Source of the DNA: Podarcis muralis
Lineage: Eukaryota
Assembly: GCF_964188315.1 (NCBI RefSeq)
Contig: NC_135659.1
Span: 50,282,001 to 50,346,000 of the forward strand
Length of the DNA: 64,000 bases
Direction of reading: 5' to 3'
How positions within the stretch are numbered: the first letter of the stretch is position 1; each line of letters opens with the position of its first letter. Of the stretch, positions 1 through 16,926 are shown one piece after another. The notes beneath the pieces were generated by a model. It had not been told where the DNA came from. It searched no databases and was given only the letters and a program-made list of their open reading frames with translations. A program made the position numbers and the translations under genes.

Positions 1-929
1 TGTAGGATGGCTATATAGGTTCACATGTACTTAAACATTTATCAACTCCTTTCAAATTAATTTCAACTAGGTTGCAAGCATTGCATAGTAAAATCTGGAA
101 CCTTCCTAGAGCTGTATTGATATGACATGACTAGACTCTCAGCTGGGGATATGACTATGCTTGGTAAGACAGGTGATATCTGTGAAGAATCTGGCTCATG
201 TCAGTTTTGATGCACAGTGGAGGATTATAATGGGGTATCGGGTTTTTTCCTAACCAAATCCTGGTCTCCTATTTGGGATTTTGTAGATTTTCTGCATCAG
301 CAAAGAGTTGAACTTCAAGGTCCGATCCAACTCTGATTCTATGCTGAAATACTGGCTTTCCTGCATTGACACCTTAAAGTCTAAAGCAGATTTATTGTGG
401 TACATGCTTTCATAAACTAGAGCCCATTTGTTAGATGTATAAAGCATTGTCTTCAATGTGTGTGTGAATGTATATATGGAGTGCAGTGGGTTTTTGACAT
501 ACCTATGCAAAGCCCAAATTTATAGAAGATACCCTTATCATAAGAGTTGTAACTGATGTTTCCTTCGTATCTAATTTAGCACCTGTCGTGGGGGATAATG
601 TGACTGGAGTAAGATTTGTTAAGAAATCCTAGTTTTTAATTCAAGTATTATTCTTTTTGAGAACAGCACTAGCCTATTCCAAATGTTCTGGTTTCCATCT
701 TTCTCAGACAGTTACAACCCTTCACTGTATGCCATTGTCGCCAATGTCATATGTGAAGGACAGGCGTAGTTGGTACCACCTAAATTTTGTGTTAATCTGC
801 CTTTCCGTTTCGTTGCGTGCGTATTTTTTAAAACTACCGGATACAATTATTTTACAAGAGCTGTGTACCTTTTTAACGGTCATGCAGGAGAGGGAACATT
901 AGCAGGCTTAGCTTACCTGTCATGGCTGC

Positions 930-1318
930 AGAACTGCGGGAAACGTGCGAGAAGCTCCCTTTTCTACAGCTACTGCAAGTAGAGAAACCTTCCTACGCGA
1001 TTGCATGGGCCGAGTAACAGACCTGCGCAGAGTAGCCAAGCACTGAAGCACTAATGCGGCGTGGAGCGGTCATCCATGGCTGGGTACAAATAGCTCGCTC
1101 CCTTCCGCGCACACCTGCCATCGGACACACTTCTGTTCTTGTCTTTGCCGCGGTCGCATTCCTTCGCCGACCGCGCAGGCGCGTCTCACTTCGATGACGT
1201 TCAGACGCACAGAGGACGCGCTGAGATCACGCAGAAGCCATCGCGAGATTTGACGGGCAACAAACCGCCCCGTGGTGCTTTGCGGCCTTCTCTTTGCAGT
1301 CGGCGCCTCCGGAGAAGG

Positions 1319-1322
<4 letters not shown>
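930..1322 (+). promoter_or_regulatory. RPS8 CpG-island promoter with TCT/5'TOP start
   Basis: CpG-rich; pyrimidine tract CCTTCTCTTT at 1286-1295 just before the short leader; CATCGCGAGA (near match to the TMTCGCGAGA motif common in ribosomal-protein promoters) at 1239-1248. Confidence 0.8.
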
Positions 1323-5948
<4,626 letters not shown>

Positions 5949-5972
5949 ACAGTCATTGTATCTAATGTGCTG

Positions 5973-5978
5973 AATAAA
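5973..5978 (+). terminator. RPS8 polyadenylation signal
   Basis: AATAAA 25 nt after the stop codon, with GT/T-rich sequence downstream. Confidence 0.85.
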
Positions 5979-8466
5979 TACCTACAGAGTCTTGTATAAA
6001 TGATTGATGTGTTTATTTATGGATAGTGAGGCAAAGACTTGAGTATGGTTTACTGCGACCATGTGAACGTGTTGGTTGCTAGCGAGGAGCTCACACCTAC
6101 TTTGCTTTCCCCCAGGATTTTTAAGTGCTATGGGATGAAAGCTAATGCAAGGTCTGTCTTAATATGTCTTCTGAACCTGGGGTCCTAGTTAGGGTTTCTC
6201 CTTAACCATGATCTGTAGCTAAGGTTTGTCCTGTGGTTAAGGAGGAGAGACTTTAACCAGGATTCTGGGTTTGGACAAAATACTAAGCCAGACATTTGCT
6301 TAGCTGCTGTTCTACATTGATATTTAAAGCCCAGGGAGCAGTTGCAACCTCCTGTTTGGGAGCTAGTGCATTCACACTTAAGTATGTTTGTATGGAAGTT
6401 TTTTTAAAAAAATGAGTGAAAGTTGTTTGACTTGGAAGCGTTATCCGTGTTAAAAAGCACATGCTGTTTTAATGGTAGGGTCAGGCTTTTCCTTCCCACT
6501 ATACTAAAATGCCACCCTTGGAGCTGTGATTTTGGCAGGCAGGATTGCTGAATGAGATTCTTCACGGTGTAGAATTGGTGGTTTCCATCTGCCATCAGGC
6601 ATGCCTACTAATACTACTCCCTCCAACATGCATTAAGGGGGTGTGGGTTCACCTTTGTTTAGAATAGTAAATAAGTAACTAAGGACTTAATGACCATCAA
6701 CCTGCCATGGCTGTTTCATTTGTTGAGTATTCTGTAGTATAACAGCAGCAATGTCAGCAAAGTTTTGCTTTGCATTTACTTCTTTGCTAAATTGCCCAGT
6801 TCTTAAAGCTAATAACTGTCAAGTTTCCCTGAATAGGGTTGGAGCTCTATACTTAGTTATAATGAACTCTCATTATACAGTATGGCGCTATAAATGTCAG
6901 CAGCACAGGTGTGTTGTCTTCTATTTGTTCTCCCAGTTCCCTTGCAACATGAGCTTTGTAGTGTACACTTCAAAATATCCTGCTTTTGGTGGCCCCATGG
7001 AGAACAGATTTTCAGAGTCTTCATCCTCTTCCAATGCATAGCATATATTTCTAATGATTAGGTATGTGCACAGGGTATTAATGAATGGAAGCTGAGAAAA
7101 TTATTAATGCGTTTGTTGTTGGCAGTTGAACTGCCAAAATTGGAAGCTGTTAGTTGAATTTTTTACATTATTATTACTACATTTAGCGACAAAACAACTG
7201 GTGCACTGCTAAGTGTCTAGATTGTCTTCTTCGTGACATTCTGGTCTCATTCCAGTGCAAGATTAACTCCCTTCTAGCAGAAGGGCCAGGCCTCTTTCCA
7301 AAAGTCTGGTCCTTTCGAAGGCTGGGAACAATACTATCTTCTAACAAGATACATTTTCATCAGTTTGAGAGGGTAAGGACAAGTTCTATGAATGGGAGCA
7401 TGGATCTCTTTAGAACATACCAGACAAATAAATGGTTTGCTTATATGGGTTTGGACAGATAGCAAATCTCCAGACTTCCACATAACTTTACAGAAAGCAT
7501 ATGCAGCTAGATACAGTGCTCATCCCACTACTAAAATTTTACAGTAATAGTCTAAAATCAAAGTTGGAGTTAACTTTTATTCAGGAGATTATCCTAAGGA
7601 AGTTATTTTGTGTGTATAGCTCTAGGAATGCTCATGGTCAGATTGCAATGCTTTCATTCATAGCCCCTTCTCAGGCTGCACTTTCAAATATGCTTACTAA
7701 GAAGTAAGCCCCATTGACCTATTTACTAATAAATATGCATATTTATACTAATATGAGGAGGGGGAGAGTAATCCTGTACATGCTTACTCAGAAGTAAATT
7801 ATTTTGAGTTCATTAACTCAGGTAAATAAGTATAGGATTGCAGCCTTACAATAAACATTTTGAAAGTAAGCTTTGAATTTGTTTCATTGTGCTTCCCTAG
7901 AATTTCCTCCAATATTTCAGCTTAACCACACACATTTCTCTATTGAAAAAACCTTTCAGCTATTTATACAGCATGTAAAATTAACATTTCTTAGATTTGT
8001 TCGATAAATATAAATAAAATAAACTAAAATCTTCAACTGAGTGCTGATTCCAAAAAGCTGCATCACTGCAAGTACCTGTTTATTCAAGCTTTTTTTTACC
8101 TGGTTCAAGGACAACCCTGCTAGATAAAAGGATGATGTTTGTATGTGTGTGCATATGTCTACTTTCTTCCTATTTCAGGGCCCACAAGGTAATTTCAGTG
8201 TGGAAACACTGCTTCGCAGCATGTGTTTGGGCTAAACAAATATTTCAAATCCATAGATTGTTCCTACCCATAGGCGGTTGTCTTGGAGATATTTCTCGAG
8301 TGTGTGACTTTCAATATGAGAATGGGCAGCTGCAAATCTTTGGCATTAGTGTTTTTATCCCTTAATGTATGCATGGTCAGATAGGGCAAGTTTCTCTTGT
8401 ATGTACTGGACCCATGTGGCTTGAGTGGGACATTAGTCCTAAATTCTGCCTTAAAAGGATTGGGCC

Positions 8467-8887
8467 TTAGTTAGATGGTTGGTCACTGATACTGATCTCA
8501 TCTGGGGGCTCCACCACGGTAATGCTGGGCAGCTCTTTTCTCAAATTCTCAGCGTTTGTGTTCTTATGGGGGACTTTGAGGTGGGAGCCAGGGGAGGAGG
8601 TTTCACTAAGCCTGGTCTCTCCATCCTCCATGTCTTCTTCATCGATGCGACCAACTGCTTCAGGATCTTCCCTGCGATAGAAGCTGGGGCTGGAAGAGGG
8701 GAAGGTGCCCTCAGTCCTTAGGCGCAGTAGCTGGGGATGCTGAATCCGACTGCCCTTGCCAAAATTTTTGAGGCTGACTGCAGGAGAGGCAGCTGCAGTG
8801 AGGAAGCGGTTGAGCAGGGGAGTCTGAATGCGGCTCATGCTGGGTGATGCTTCCACCTGCTGACTCTGTTCTGGGTCATCGCTCATC
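8467..8887 (-). CDS. BEST4: BEST4 last coding exon
   Basis: ttctgcag|GATGAGC; [15 protein letters not shown]...DQPSN*. Confidence 0.95.
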
Positions 8888-11800
8888 CTGCAGAAGGGGA
8901 AGAAACTGGGTGAAGTAAACACACACCTGATTGAAGCGCTGAAATTGGTCCATACCATCAGAATGGTCAGATTTCCTACTATGAAATTCAAAGGAAAATG
9001 ATGCGACAGTGGGGTGGATGCATTCATTCAATCTTACCAAATGATCTGATATTGTTGTAGGTTCTTGTATCTCTAAAAAGTGGTTGGGCCCGTTATCTAA
9101 CCAGGATTTGGATTAGGCCACTTTGCCATTTTTGGATGTGGCCCTGTGTTGCTCACAGTATGCATCCTGTATTCACTATGCATTATGCAACTATTCCCTC
9201 TTAACACTGGATTCAGGGCTACTTGTAAAAGCTCTATAAGTAAAGGCTGAGATGGTAAAATGCATTCCAGGAAATTGGTCCCCTCCCTTATAGCTGATGG
9301 AAAAGATTGTATCTGGCAAAGTTGCCAGGCTCAGGTTGTCAGCCTTTTGCCATGGCAACATAGCTGAACTTACCGCATGTCAAAGGTAGAACCCATGAAG
9401 GAAGGTTTCAAGGTCTCTGCCACTGTGGCCATTGTGTACGGGGGCTGAGCTGTAGATTCATTCCAGTATTTGTCTTTTACAGTTGGTGGTAAGTTCTGAT
9501 ACATGTCATCCACTGAAAGCAAAGACACCTGAGCAGACAAAGGAATATTTCTCATCAAAGGAGACCTGCATAAGACTTGTAATTGCTTTAATTACAATTG
9601 TGCTTTAACACAAGGTTCTCAATAGGAAAAAGTATCAAAAGAACACCAGCAATATAAGAGGCAGCTAAAAAAAAAATGCTTCTGTCTCAGATTGACAGTT
9701 GCACCCTTTATATTACTAAGATTGATTACATTTATTCATTGCTTTGTACAAAAAGTCTCAAAGTGACTTGCAAATCTGTAAAACAAAAATCAGTTAATAA
9801 CCAGGGAAAAAGAAGATCCAATTAACAAGATCTTAGAGTGCTCCTTATGATACTACAAAAAGGACAAATTGCCTCACTCTTAAGTCTACATGTTCTGTGT
9901 GTTACTAGAGATTTGAATTAAGCAATTGGTTGTCCCAATAAAAGGTGAACTGGGTTATGTCCAAGCCTACAAGGGGATCTTGTGTACTATGAAAGAAAGT
10001 ATCCTGTCAAAAGTGTGGGAAGGGGAGCATTAATAGACAAACTGAATATTCAGGGCACTATATTCAGCATGTGGGTAAAGACAATTGATTCTTTGATATA
10101 TGGTCTATTCTGCATCCATTGCTTTGCATAAAAAGTTTAGAGAAAGATAAAGGTTCAGACTGTGGATAGCAGAAATGGGAAAGAAGATCTACACAGAGGT
10201 AGAACAGTATAGATGACAAATAGCTTACCAGATTTTTCAGGCCAGCATGGCAGTCATTAAGCATTATATTAAAAAATACCCAAACACCCAGGAGGCCAAG
10301 TTGTATGCTGGATATACCTGTGTGAAGTGTGACTAGGCCTTTGTTTTAAGACTCACTTGAAGGTTCCTGTCTATCAATTTGTTAGTTTCAAAGTCATCGT
10401 CATCCTCTCCGAAGGGATTAATTATCTGCTCTGCCACCTATAGGAAAAGAAAGGTGTAGCATATGAATATTCCATATTTGAATGTGGGAGGCAACTTGAG
10501 TGGCATTAGAGCTATCCTTTTTTGTAAATTTTAGCAGGCAGCCCTTCTAAACACAGTCTCATCTAGCTTGTCTTCACTGCCAATGGCATTCTCTGGAAAA
10601 CTGAGACAAACATTGCAAAGCATTCTGCTTTGATGTGATTAAAAAGTATTAGGTAGCTGAGCTGCTGTGTTCTTTGGGTGCTGGTTCCTTGCTAGTTCTT
10701 TGGGTGCTGGTTCCTATCCAAAATGACAGTGTGCACACATACACAAAACAGTGCTTGCAATCCAGAACACTGAAGCTGCTGTATTTTAGCCATGTTCATG
10801 CCTGAACACACCAGTGTTCAAACTGTGAATGGGGTGGGTGGCATGTTGCACATGCAACCCTTTAGCATCCCCATGTGCACAAAACCTCCCCCATTGCGAT
10901 TTACTGGGTTCCTTGATCTTATGGAGGATTCTAGTCCAGTGGGCACAAGAAGTCCTCTGCAGACCTTCCGCACTCAACAGAAAGGCTGGGGACTGAGCAT
11001 CCACAATCAGAACAGTTTACTTCTTCAGGTGAGCATCTGATTTGCACTTTCTGTTGCAAGTCTTTGCTCCCTTTATTTCCAGCATTTAGGCTGTGAGTGT
11101 TGTTTATGTAGGCAAATCATTACCACCCTGCTACAAGGAGAGGTAACAGCAGGCTGGGGGAACCTTACAGTGTGCAAAGGTTTAAAAGACCTTCAGGGTA
11201 GGGACCATAAGGGGAGGAACCACAATAAACCAGCCCAACGAGGATTGCACATGCTCAGTCAGGATGCTGACTCAACGGCAGGGAGAGTGGAATTGAGACT
11301 GGAATGGAAGAACACCCACAGCCCACTTCTCTTTACAGTACTGTAAAATCCAGAAGGGACAGAATCTGCAGATGGGGACAGCCTCCTGAGCTCCTGAATC
11401 TTCCCATCTGTTTCAAACAATGCATGGGACTCGGTGCTCACACCAACTCTTGTCTCAGCACCCCATATCTTACAGTGGTACCTCGGGTTACATACGATTC
11501 AGGTTACAGACTCCGCTAACCCAGAAATAGTACCTCGGGTTAAGAACTTTGCTTCAGGATGAGAACAGAAATCGTGCTCCGGCGGTGCAGCGGCAGCAGG
11601 AGGCCCCATTAGCTAAAGTGGTGCTTCAGGTTAAGAACAGTTTCAGGTTAAGAACGGACCTCCGGAACGAATTAAGTGCCGTACTTAACCCGAGGTACTA
11701 CTGTAATCTGAAGACTGAAGATCAAGTCAAATGAAGCCATCTGCATGGAAAATGGGAGCCAACATCCTCACCTTCAGCCAACCAGCATAGAAGAAGAACT

Positions 11801-14800
11801 GTAGAAGAGTGGGTAAGGGAACATACAGATCTAGGTCCTCATCTTTTTTTGTCATTGTTTTGTTTTGACTTGGGTCCACAGGTTGTAGGAACTGACGCCC
11901 AATCACACACAAAGCAAAGAAGGAATAGACAGCGATGGTGACCACCTGTGGAGAAGCGGCTGTTAAACATTTGCCAGGGTTTCAAGAGAGCATCATGGAA
12001 CTATGTTTTTCATTGCAGAAACCAAAACATTCTCCTACAGTACAGGAGGTCTGCACATTATGCGCTAGCATGTCCTGCGCACCCTACCAATTCAAAAACA
12101 ATTAAACTGGCACTTTCACAAGCTGATCTATTTCCTAGCTTGTTAGTCAGCTGTTTCCCAACGAACATCAAATATTTTGGAGCTGGAAACTTGTTCCTTT
12201 CTTGTGCAATAAAAAAATGAGATGTTAAGTAAAACTAAGTAGAGTTGTGCTGTGGAGATGCACCAAGAGAGATTGAGAAAGTGTACGGGAAAAGTAACCT
12301 TTAGTCTACTTGTAGGAACAAAACTGCTACTGAGAGATGAGCATTGAGATGTGCAAGAGTATCCAGAGGGTGTGGAGTGCTCCTTGCTCACCTGTGTGTA
12401 CACCAAGGGGATGCTTATCCAGTCATAGTGGAAAAGCATGCTGCATTTGGAGCGGTAGAGGTTCAGTTCCTGGACAGAGAAAGACAGGTGGTTATTTCAC
12501 GTTTGCATAGCTGGTCAAGCAATTCCACTGCAATACTTACATCTATGAGCAATCTGAGCGCCACGTCATCCCGGATCCTTCCTTCCCGCCTGGCTTGGGC
12601 TGCTAGATTAGTGAACCACACACAAGGGATCCAATACTTGTTGAAGTCTGAGTGGTGACTCTCATACTTCTTGCGCTCATCTTGTGTCATGAAACCTGCA
12701 AGAGAGCAAGGGGAAGTTGGAGCACTGCCTCTCCATCTGCTCCTTGATACTGGGAAGAGCTTCAGGGGCCACCAGTCAGTGACACTGGGTCCTAATATGT
12801 TCTGGTGGAATAATCTCTTGATCCCTGTGGCACCTTAGGAAGACTAATAAAAGTAGACTCCCAGACCATCCTGTTCATTTCCCCAAGATAAACTCACCAG
12901 CTTCAACTAAGTGGTCCATAGTGGGGAATCTCTTAAGGACTCTAGCGCTGACCGAGCGCAGGATGAGCACAGAGGAGAGGTTGGCGTAACGGATGAGAGT
13001 GCGGCGCAAGATGCGGCCCTTGTCATCCTTCCCATGCACATTGCTGGAAATGACGCACATGAGCTGGTCTGGCAGAGGAATGCTGGTATACTGCGCCCAC
13101 CAGCGGTTCACGATCAGTGTGACATAGAAACCTGCCAGGAGAGAGAGGTGGAAGAGGGATGAGGGATGAGGACTTGGAAACAGTGAGAGAGCATGAGGTA
13201 AGGTCATCAGGCATAATGAACTGCTGCCATTTTAGCACGTTGGCACTGAGAGCAGAAAAATTCTACCCATTTGAGCTCTAGGAGTTGGTTAACTTGTCAA
13301 ATAATTTTGTTAAGGAATTGTTAAAGAAGTTATCTGTATGACACAAGACAAAATTTCACTCCCCTTTTTGTTGGTTGGTCATCTTTACAAAAGAAGCAAA
13401 AACATTTATGAAAGCTACAAAACTAAAGATTTATGAAGTTGTCAAATTATTTTTTACATTTAGAATTTGGTAATGAAAAGTTTCAGTATACTGTGTACCT
13501 CAGAGCTTGCTATTTCTTGTTAGGCAAATAAAATTCTTTAATACTTAGTGCAGAAGTCTGCAATCACAATTTAGAGGCAGTTTGTTTACAAAAATTCTTC
13601 AAAGAGTCCACACATGTTAATGGTGGGAACCATTTCTCTAGGAAATTGCTTAGGATTTGTCATAATCTTCAACTGAGTACCAATCTTATCTGCTGAAATT
13701 TCACTCTTTTTAAAAGAGTTAACACTCTTGGAAAGAAATAAGAGCATTTTTCAGTCTGTGGCTGAGTCAAAAACCAAACAGCAGCCACACAAAAGAGGAA
13801 AGTGCAAAGAGTTATATTTATCAATATTCAGGGATTCTGGCAGGCATGGAGGCAAACCAACCCTTGCTCTTATCTATATTTGCACATATTAACAAAAGAT
13901 CAACACATTCAAAACCACTGGGCTTCCCCCCTGCCCTCCCATTTTCCCTTCTTGAAGCTTTCCTATGCGGGGGAAAAATGGTATGTTTCCCATCCAGGCA
14001 AAGAACAAGAGGGTTCCTCTTCCCACCCCACCTGCATATTGCATGTACGGAAACAGAGTCGACAACAGTACTGATGTGGCAGTAACCTCAGCCATGCCTG
14101 AAGGCTAGCTTAGGAAGTGCAGGGCAGGCCCCATGGTACACACAGATCTCTGCCTTCCAACACCTCAACTCTGGTCCTTAGTCCTCAGCATCTTCTGCCT
14201 GAGGCAGTTGCCCCATCTGCCTAATAGAAGGGTTGTGTGAAGCTGAGGCTCCAGTACTTTGGCCACCTCATGAGAAGAGAAGACTCCCTGGAGAAGACAC
14301 TGATGCTGGGAAAGATGGAGGGCACAAGGAGAAGGGGGCGACAGAGGACGAGATGGTTGGATAGTGTTTTCGAGGTTACCAGCATGAGTCTGACCAAACT
14401 GCGGGAAGTAGTGGAGGACAGAGGTGCCTGGCGTGCTCTGGTCCATGGGGTCACGAAGAGTCGGACACGACTAAACGACTAAACAATACCCTTCCCTTCC
14501 AATGCTTGCTATGGCATGACATAGGCTTCTTGGAAGCTCAAAAGAACACCTGGCCTGTGTGGAGAATCATTGTTTACTCCTTCCAGTGCCTTCCTTCTAG
14601 GAATAGCAAGTCCACACCTAATAATTCAGGCTAGGGAGAACTGCAGTTTTACTTCAGTTGACCTTTTTACAGTAAAGTTTTGCAAAGGCAATGAAAATTC
14701 ACAAGGGAATCATTTTTAAGCAGATCAATTTAGGCTTGCATTTCTGATATAGACTCTTCTAATGCAAAAACTAGGTCTGTTTACTCAGGAGAGTCAGGCA

Positions 14801-14986
14801 TGTTCATTGTGCTTTTTTGCAGCCCTAGCTGTACATCATTTAGACATAAACTCTCTCACCTGTCAAGCTGTCACTTTCTTTTCCATTTTAATTATCCATC
14901 TCCTACTTTTTCACTTCCCTTTTTTCATTTTGTGACACCACTCACAATTCTTTTTTCGTGATGTTGTGTTTGCTGCATTAATCTCA

Positions 14987-15040
<54 letters not shown>

Positions 15041-16926
15041 TCAGGGTCAGCCTCCGCAGTAATTCAGAGCAAGACTTTTAGAGTGGTCTATGGCAAGAGT
15101 CCTTCAGATCATCTGACCCCTCATTCACTCCTGGATGCATACCATGAGCTCTGCCACTGATTTGTGGTACCTCCCAATGGGAAATAATTTGGGATTCTGT
15201 GCAATCGGAAGATGAAAGGGGCTTTTACCAAATGCATGCATCTGGCCTTAATTAAAGCAAGCAATCAAGAAACCATAGCAACAAGGCCTCCTATCAAGAG
15301 CAGGTACATAATCATACCTAGGACAAAGGACAGAGGGATGAGGTCAGTTGAGCGGTTGCAGTATTCAGCCACCTTTGCAAAGAGACGTTTCTGATCCACA
15401 TTCAGAAGGTGCCTACAGGAGATGGGGAAGAAGAGGCTTGAACTCTCTCATGGTATAAACATTCTTCTTCAATCAAACAGGAGCCAGGGCTCTTCTCTGT
15501 CCCTGCCAAAGCAATCCCTCTGCTTGGTTAAGTACCAAAATAACTGTCACTATGGCAAACAATAGGATTCTTTCAAGGATACAAGGAATATTAAAACAAC
15601 AACTGCAACACTAATACCACCGCCAACAGATTTCACCAGCAGGTCCCAGGGCTTGTTACAACTATTTAAAATTCTGTATTAAAAACAGCTAAAACAAATT
15701 GCAGTCACAGGAATAAGGTAGGTCCCAAAAATACACAGCACTGGTATCAAGGCCAGGTACAGAGGTGTATCTTCAGCATTTGCTAAGAGCTATATAAAGA
15801 ACGTGCCAGACACACCCCTGTGTGGTGGGACCTCCACAACTTAGGGGCTGCTACAGATAATGCCTTATTGGGAAGGTGGTACCCCTCAAACCCTCAAAGC
15901 TCTACCAAGAGGACTCTGCTGATTTAAACACTCCATCAAGTCTGTAGGGACAGTGGTGATCTTTCAGATATTTGGGGCTTAAGTCATTTATGGGTTCCAG
16001 GGCATGAGACTCTAGGCATAAATGTGGCAGTCTCTGTAGTCTAAGCTCTACCCTTCTCATCAGAATCCAACAATACCCCACTCACCCATCCTGGCCAGCT
16101 AATAATGTTCAGGGGAAACAGATTATTCTGAATGTTAGAACAATTTGATTTATTTACTAGAATGATTACTATTATTTTATTTATATGTCTCTCATCTGAC
16201 TGGGTTGGCCCAGTCTGGGTGGCTTCCATCAAAATATTAAAAACACAATATTTAAATCACATGAGGGCAACCCATAGGCCTTTGCAGGCTATCTGTGCAG
16301 CCCACTGCAGGTATTCAGTCTGCCTCCCACAGCCAAATGTGCCCCTTGCGCACTGCCAAATTTTGCTCCAGGGCTGGCGAGGGGGTGGGGAGCACCATGT
16401 ATTTGGTCTCCTTCCAGCCCATTTGGTGGTCTGGAAAGAGCATGATTGTGATGGGAAGAAAGCCTGGAGAGCCATCCCCATGTAAATGACCTGGTGGGCT
16501 GCATGGAATGCAATTGTAATGGAGAGAAAGGCCCAGCAAGAAAGTCACCCCTGGGAGCCGCCTTCCCCACTAAACAGTCTTAATTCTGAGGTTGGTTTGA
16601 AGGGGGCAAGCAGATTGGTAATGAAGCTCTGAAAGTTGAGAGCAAAAGTACCACAACATTGAATGCTCCTGAAAAAAAGAACAGCAATTTTACGTTCTTC
16701 AACCATTTCAGACGTCTTTAACAATGTCCCCCTGGAGAGGTTTCATTCCATTAAACAGGATATTGCCAACTTACCGGTAGATGACACTTAGTGTTCCATA
16801 AAGCAAGACGAAGACAATGAACTCCTTGTAGAGCAGCTTGTAGATGCTCCCTTTCCAACGAAAAAGTAGCTTGGAGAAGCCCCCAAAGCGAGCATTGGCC
16901 ACTTTCAAGGTGTAGGAGACTGTCAT
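8467..16926 (-). CDS. BEST4: bestrophin-4 Ca2+-activated anion channel, complete, 9 coding exons, 514 aa
   Basis: complement join(16775-16926,15318-15412,12898-13131,12541-12695,12392-12469,11772-11945,10357-10437,9374-9528,8467-8887)=1545 nt, all GT-AG; [17 protein letters not shown]..., RFP motif, Ca2+ clasp [14 protein letters not shown]4-type tail [14 protein letters not shown]; synteny with RPS8 and PLK3. Confidence 0.97.
9374..9528 (-). CDS. BEST4: BEST4 coding exon 8
   Basis: [15 protein letters not shown]...SFMGSTFDM(R), 155 nt. Confidence 0.97.
10357..10437 (-). CDS. BEST4: BEST4 coding exon 7
   Basis: [27 protein letters not shown], 81 nt. Confidence 0.97.
11473..11703 (+). mobile_element. 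Tc1/mariner (Tigger-like) MITE, family A copy 1
   Basis: TIRs CAGTGGTACCTCGGGTTA / TAACCCGAGGTACTACTG, TA on both sides. Confidence 0.9.
11772..11945 (-). CDS. BEST4: BEST4 coding exon 6
   Basis: [10 protein letters not shown]...FFYAGWLK, 174 nt. Confidence 0.97.
12392..12469 (-). CDS. BEST4: BEST4 coding exon 5
   Basis: [26 protein letters not shown], 78 nt. Confidence 0.97.
12541..12695 (-). CDS. BEST4: BEST4 coding exon 4
   Basis: [12 protein letters not shown]...DVALRLLID, 155 nt. Confidence 0.97.
12898..13131 (-). CDS. BEST4: BEST4 coding exon 3
   Basis: [11 protein letters not shown]...[12 protein letters not shown](G), 234 nt. Confidence 0.97.
14237..14486 (+). mobile_element. BovB (RTE) LINE 3' fragment
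   Basis: encodes [25 protein letters not shown]...[12 protein letters not shown], then CTAAACAA tail. Confidence 0.92.
14991..15036. repeat. (CA)23 microsatellite
   Basis: direct reading. Confidence 0.95.
15318..15412 (-). CDS. BEST4: BEST4 coding exon 2
   Basis: [31 protein letters not shown](G), 95 nt. Confidence 0.96.
16775..16926 (-). CDS. BEST4: BEST4 coding exon 1 (acceptor at 16960, 33 nt of 5'UTR)
   Basis: [50 protein letters not shown](R). Confidence 0.96.

Noticed and set aside
6012-6017. Minus-strand AATAAA right behind the RPS8 poly(A) signal (possible shared terminator with BEST4)
   Set aside because: More simply the U-rich downstream element of RPS8; closer minus-strand AATAAA candidates for BEST4 exist (e.g. 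8079-8084).
10669-10715. 21-bp direct repeat GTTCTTTGGGTGCTGGTTCCT with 26-bp period (similar small duplications near 25205 and 45725)
   Set aside because: Simple slippage duplications; only two units, no spacer array, not CRISPR-like.
14165-14454. Recurrent ORFs starting [10 protein letters not shown] / [10 protein letters not shown] (also near 19067, 24953, 29340, 48320)
   Set aside because: Antisense or alternate frames of BovB copies, not a gene family.
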